DNA from: an uncultured Armatimonadia bacterium
Lineage (GTDB): Bacteria > Armatimonadota > Zipacnadia > Zipacnadales > FEN-943
Length of the DNA stretch: 58,884 nt
Direction: 5' to 3'
Assembly (NCBI GenBank): GCA_964608495.1
Contig: CAZSOQ010000002.1
Location: 1 to 58,884, forward strand
Within the stretch, counting starts at the first letter, position 1. Each line of letters begins with the position of its first letter. The position numbers and the translations under genes were made by a program. Below the pieces are notes generated by a model that saw only the letters and a list, made by a program, of their open reading frames with translations, had not been told where the DNA came from and ran no database searches. This document shows positions 55,090-58,884 of the stretch, in pieces.

Positions 55090-56214
55090 ATGGCTACCCG
55101 ACGAGAGATGACGCCGCATGACCGCGTGCGCACCGCCATGAGCCGGCGGGTGCCCGACCGGGTCCCCAAGACCGCGGGGTTCACGGCCACGGTGGAGGAG
55201 CGCTACCAGCAGCACGTGGCGGCTGAGCTGGGCCTCGACCTGAGCAAACCCGAGGACGCGGCCAAGCTGCCGGGCGCCGCGGGCTACTTCGGCATGGAGG
55301 TGCGGGGCGCAGGCTTCCGCGGGCCCGAGGCCCTGCCCGACTTCCGCCCCTTCTTCCAGGAGGACCTGCCCGACAACGCCTCCTTCAGTGAATATGGGGC
55401 GGCCAATTCCCCCGGCACCTTCTACCACTTCACCCGGCGACACTACCCCCTGGCCGGAGCGGGCAGCGTGGCCGACTACCACGGTTACCCCTGGCCCGAC
55501 TTCACGCCCCCGCGCCGGCACGAGCACCTCCAGGCCGACGTGGCGCGGCTGCTCCAGGGCGGCTGGTATGTCCAGGGCGGTGTGGGGCATATCTTCGAGA
55601 ACGCGTGGCAGATCCGCGGCATGGAGGACCTCTTCGAAGACATGATCCTGCGACCGGACATGGCCACCTTCCTCCTGGACCGCCTGACCGAGGACCGGGC
55701 CTTCCAGGCGAGGCGCTACGCCGAGGCGGGCTGTGACTCGATCGGCTGCGGCGACGATGTGGGAATGCAGGACCGGATGATGATGAGCCCGGCCATGTGG
55801 CGCGAGTGGTTCAAGCCGAGATGGGCCTACGTGTGGCAGGTGGCGAGGAAGGCCAACCCCGACCTACAGATCTGGTACCACTCAGACGGGTACATCGAGC
55901 CGATCATCCCCGACCTGATCGAGATCGGGCTGGATATCCTCAACCCAGTGCAGCCCGAGTGCATGGACCCGGTGAAGCTGAAGCGCGAGTACGGCGACCG
56001 CCTGGCTTTCTGGGGGTGCGTGGGCACCCAGACGGTCATGCCCTTCGGGACGCCGGAGAAGGTCCGCGAGACGGTGAAGTGGCTGGTCGAGACGGTCGGC
56101 GACGGCGGCGGCCTGCTGCTGGCACCGACCCACGTGCTTGAGCCCGACGTGCCCTGGGAGAACGTTCTGGCCTTCTTCGAGGCGGTTGAGCGGTACGGAA
56201 GGTACGCCGAGTAG
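55090..56214 (+). CDS. Uroporphyrinogen decarboxylase (URO-D) family protein, second paralog
   Basis: GGAGGG SD. Motifs: DDVGMQDRMMMSP, WYHSDGYIEPIIPDLIEIGLDILNPVQPE, LAPTHVLEPDVPWENV. Confidence 0.75.
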   Translation: MATRREMTPHDRVRTAMSRRVPDRVPKTAGFTATVEERYQQHVAAELGLDLSKPEDAAKLPGAAGYFGMEVRGAGFRGPEALPDFRPFFQEDLPDNASFSEYGAANSPGTFYHFTRRHYPLAGAGSVADYHGYPWPDFTPPRRHEHLQADVARLLQGGWYVQGGVGHIFENAWQIRGMEDLFEDMILRPDMATFLLDRLTEDRAFQARRYAEAGCDSIGCGDDVGMQDRMMMSPAMWREWFKPRWAYVWQVARKANPDLQIWYHSDGYIEPIIPDLIEIGLDILNPVQPECMDPVKLKREYGDRLAFWGCVGTQTVMPFGTPEKVRETVKWLVETVGDGGGLLLAPTHVLEPDVPWENVLAFFEAVERYGRYAE

Positions 56215-56220
56215 CGATTC

Positions 56221-56247
56221 GGCCCGCAGTTCGGGGCTTTTCGGGCC
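56221..56247 (+). terminator. Candidate rho-independent terminator after the URO-D-family gene
   Basis: ggcccgcagttcggggcttttcgggcc: a GC stem (GCCCG/CGGGGC) followed by TTTT, 7 nt after the TAG stop. Confidence 0.35.
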
Positions 56248-56299
56248 TTCAGCGGGGAGGGTGAAACGGGTTCACCACTTATTCGGCTGTTCACGCCTC

Positions 56300-56329
56300 T
56301 TTGCGTGTGTTTGCGGCGGTTTGCGTGGG
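56300..56329. repeat. Three direct TTTGCG repeats with exact 10-bp phasing
   Basis: TTTGCGTGTG / TTTGCGGCGG / TTTGCGTGGG at 56300, 56310 and 56320, in a locally lower-GC 280-nt convergent spacer. Confidence 0.5.
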
Positions 56330-56493
56330 CCGAACCGCGCATTACGTTAAATCCGTCGGCGCCGACCAGGATAGCCGGAAAGAGGGCGTCATGCCGGTGC
56401 CCGTCTCAGCCAATCGCCAACCCGCGATCCCCTTCACCCACCGACCCCATGGCCGCGAGGAAGGTTGCGCCCGGCCGTCACGGTGTGGGGAGG

Positions 56494-57948
56494 CTAGTCG
56501 CCCGCGTCCTGGTGGTGGACCTCGAGGTCGAACTTGGTGACTCGGGCTTCCTGGCTCACGGGGATGGGGTAGTCGTTGTCGAAGCAGGCCGTGCAGAAGT
56601 TGGTCTTGGGCAAGCCCACGGCGCGGATCAGCCCTCTCATCGTCTGGTAGTCCAGGGAGTCGGCGTTGAGGTGCCTGCGGATCTGCTCGACGGACATCCT
56701 GGCGGCAAGGAGGTCGCGCTGGGCGGACGTGTCTATGCCGTAGAAGCAGGGGTAGGGGATGGGCGGGGAGCAGATGCGCAGATGGATCTCGCGGGCCCCG
56801 GCGGCGCGGAGCAACTCGACCTCGGGCCCGGTGGTGGTGCCGCGGACGATGGAGTCGTCCACCACGACCAGACGCCGGCCGGCGATGGCTTCCTTGAGGG
56901 TGCTGAGCTTCATACGGACGCCGAGCTCGCGGAGGCGCTGGTCGGGGGCGATGAAGGTGCGGAAGATGTAGCGGTTCTTGATGACCGCCTCGCCGAAGGG
57001 AATGCCGCTGACCTGGGCGTAGCCGATGGCGCCCGGGATCCCGGTCTCCGGGATGGGCACCACGAGATCGGCGTCGGGCACGTCCTGCTGGGCGAGCATG
57101 TGGCCCATGCGCACGCGGGCGCTGTAGACGCTCTTGCCGTAGATGTGGCTGTCGGGGCGCGCGAAGTAGATGAACTCGAAGACGCAGCAGGCCTTGCGCT
57201 CGCTGTCCTGGACCTGGGTGGCGTGCATGCCGCCGTCGTCGAAGACGATCAGCTCGCCGGGCTGGACTTCGCGCACGAAGCCGGCGCCGATGGTAGAGAG
57301 GGCGCAGCTCTCGGAGGCGATCACCCATCCGTCGCCACTAAGCTGACCGATGCACAGCGGGCGGACACCGTAGGGATCGCGGACGGTGATGAGGCGGTCG
57401 GGGGTGATGACGCCGAGGGAATAGGCTCCCTGCACCGTCTCCATCATCTCGACCAGAGCGTCCTCCACAGAGTCGGCGCGGGAGCCTTCGAGGAACTTGC
57501 ACATGACCTCGGTGTCGCTGCTGCCGGCGAAGGAGACGCCCTCCTCCTCGAGTTGGGCGCGCAGGGGCGCGGCGTTGAGGAGATTGCCGTTGTGGGCGAT
57601 GGCGAAGGGGCCGCTACGGTGCCGGCCGATCATGGGCTGGGCGTTGGCGCGGATATTGCCGCCCATGGTGGAGTAGCGGACGTGGCCGAGGCCGACGTGG
57701 CCCTTGAGGCGCTGGATGATGTCCTCGTCGAAGACCTGGAAGGCGAGACCGAGATCGGCGTGGCCGGTGAGGACCTTGCCGTCGCCGGTGACGATCCCGG
57801 CGCTCTCCTGGCCGCGATGCTGCAGAGCGAAGAGGCCGAAGTAGGCTGTGCGGGCCACGTCTTGAGGCGGGGCATAGACACCGAAGACGCCGCACTCCTC
57901 CCGCCAGTAGGGGCGGGAGGGATAGCAGCCCATGCACGGATAGGTCAC
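56494..57948 (-). CDS. purF: Amidophosphoribosyltransferase
   Basis: Motifs: EECGVFGVYAP...FALQHRGQESAGIV, VVVDDSIVRGTT. GTG start 4 nt after GAGGTGA, which overlaps the purE stop. Confidence 0.95.
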   Translation of the reverse strand: MTYPCMGCYPSRPYWREECGVFGVYAPPQDVARTAYFGLFALQHRGQESAGIVTGDGKVLTGHADLGLAFQVFDEDIIQRLKGHVGLGHVRYSTMGGNIRANAQPMIGRHRSGPFAIAHNGNLLNAAPLRAQLEEEGVSFAGSSDTEVMCKFLEGSRADSVEDALVEMMETVQGAYSLGVITPDRLITVRDPYGVRPLCIGQLSGDGWVIASESCALSTIGAGFVREVQPGELIVFDDGGMHATQVQDSERKACCVFEFIYFARPDSHIYGKSVYSARVRMGHMLAQQDVPDADLVVPIPETGIPGAIGYAQVSGIPFGEAVIKNRYIFRTFIAPDQRLRELGVRMKLSTLKEAIAGRRLVVVDDSIVRGTTTGPEVELLRAAGAREIHLRICSPPIPYPCFYGIDTSAQRDLLAARMSVEQIRRHLNADSLDYQTMRGLIRAVGLPKTNFCTACFDNDYPIPVSQEARVTKFDLEVHHQDAGD

Positions 57949-57952
57949 GGTC

Positions 57953-58486
57953 TCACCTCGGGGCGCCGGGCCCGCCGCCGTCCGTGGCGGGTCGGCCAGG
58001 AAGGGTGCTGACGGTGGCTGAGCGCACGCTGTCGGCCAGGGCCTGACGCAGTTGCGCCAGCCTGTCAGCGAGGTCCTGGTCGGCCAGGGCCAGGATCTGG
58101 GCCGCGAGCAGGGCCGCGTTGCGTGCCCCGTTGATGGCTACGGTCGCGACAGGCACGCCGCTGGGCATCTGGACCGAGGCCAGGAGGGCGTCGAGGCCCA
58201 GCAGCGGCGAGCTCGCCAGGGGCACGGCGATCACCGGCAGGCGGGTTAGGCCGGCGACGGCTCCCGCGAGGTGGGCGGCCCATCCGGCCCCTGCGACGAT
58301 CACCTTCGTGCCCCGGGCCTCCGCGCCCGAGACGATCTCGCGCACCAGGTCCGGCGTGCGATGCACCGAGGCCACGCGCACCTCGTGGGGGATACCCAGA
58401 GCCGCAAGCTGCTCCCAGCAGGCCCGCATCAGGTCTTCGTCCGAGGCGCTGCCCAGCAGAACCAGCACGGATGGAGCGTCAGGCAT
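57953..58486 (-). CDS. purE: 5-(carboxyamino)imidazole ribonucleotide mutase
   Basis: Motifs: [56 protein letters not shown]. Confidence 0.95.
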   Translation of the reverse strand: MPDAPSVLVLLGSASDEDLMRACWEQLAALGIPHEVRVASVHRTPDLVREIVSGAEARGTKVIVAGAGWAAHLAGAVAGLTRLPVIAVPLASSPLLGLDALLASVQMPSGVPVATVAINGARNAALLAAQILALADQDLADRLAQLRQALADSVRSATVSTLPGRPATDGGGPGAPR

Positions 58487-58884
58487 CAGGTTGTCCGGCC
58501 TCCACTGCGCGGAGAGCTATGTCGCTGCGGGCATACATCCGGGCAAAGTGAATAGCCGCCACGGCCTCGTAGGCACGGTCGCGCGCCGCCGCGAAGGTGT
58601 CGCCCAGGGCGGTCACGCCCAGCACGCGACCACCGCTGGTGACCAGCTCACCGTCCCTGCGGGCAGTGCCGGCGTGAAAGACCACCACGTCCTCGAGGGC
58701 CTCCGCGTCTTCCAGTCCGGTGATGATTCTACCCTTTTCATACTCGCCGGGGTACCCTCCCGACGCCACCACGACACAGACGCAGCGGCGAGGGCTCCAG
58801 GCGGGCCGGACCTCATCCAGGCGCCCCTCCACGGCGGCCTGCAGGATCTCGACCAGGTCGCTGTCCAGGCGCGGCATCACAACC
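58479..58884 (-). CDS. purD: Phosphoribosylamine--glycine ligase, C-terminal part (5' end lies outside the window)
   Basis: Motifs: [48 protein letters not shown]. Overlaps the purE start by 8 nt. Confidence 0.9.
   Translation of the reverse strand, partial: VVMPRLDSDLVEILQAAVEGRLDEVRPAWSPRRCVCVVVASGGYPGEYEKGRIITGLEDAEALEDVVVFHAGTARRDGELVTSGGRVLGVTALGDTFAAARDRAYEAVAAIHFARMYARSDIALRAVEAGQPDA

Overview
High-GC bacterial chromosomal segment. All six frames carry long shadow ORFs, so I called genes from recognisable family motifs, GGAGG-type Shine-Dalgarno sites and stop/start overlaps. I support about 45 protein-coding genes. I recognised no rRNA, tRNA, CRISPR array, transposase or integrase. 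Layout: (i) 39-5172, minus strand: a GT39-like membrane glycosyltransferase, then a tightly coupled four-gene cassette (DnaA-domain-I-like protein, DUF366, QueE/COG0602-type radical SAM, 2-hydroxyacyl-CoA-dehydratase-like protein). (ii) 5303-15920: glycan-degradation genes (1201-aa beta-helix/LamG protein, URO-D-family protein, GH36-like alpha-galactosidase, 1210-aa secreted GH-like protein). (iii) 16156-25517: housekeeping genes (LapA-like protein, ltaE, RNase-H-like exonuclease, MFS, comB-like, then tsaC-prmC-prfA-DUF1385-rpmE). (iv) 25593-35876: a sulfated-fucose-type utilisation locus (TIM-barrel isomerase, Cys-type sulfatase, GH29 fucosidase, MFS, clan-A GH, large polytopic membrane protein). 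(v) 36211-41275: murA-mreB-lipB, a membrane protein and an O-antigen-ligase-like protein. (vi) 41300-49924: three lectin/CBM-like secreted proteins (184, 700 and 1412 aa) followed by a second GT39-like enzyme. (vii) 49967-51399: a BlaI/BlaR1-like pair with a palindromic operator inside a near-consensus promoter. (viii) 51572-56214: AlkP-family enzyme, MFS and a second URO-D-family protein. (ix) 56494-58884: purF-purE-purD (purD truncated by the window edge). The most notable observations are the orphan radical-SAM/DUF366/dehydratase-like cassette, a ~220-nt structured intergenic repeat present twice with compensatory base changes, and the surface-protein/GT-C cluster with a repeated CBM-like module that I could not assign to a family. 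All family assignments are by eye from the translations. No database search was run.
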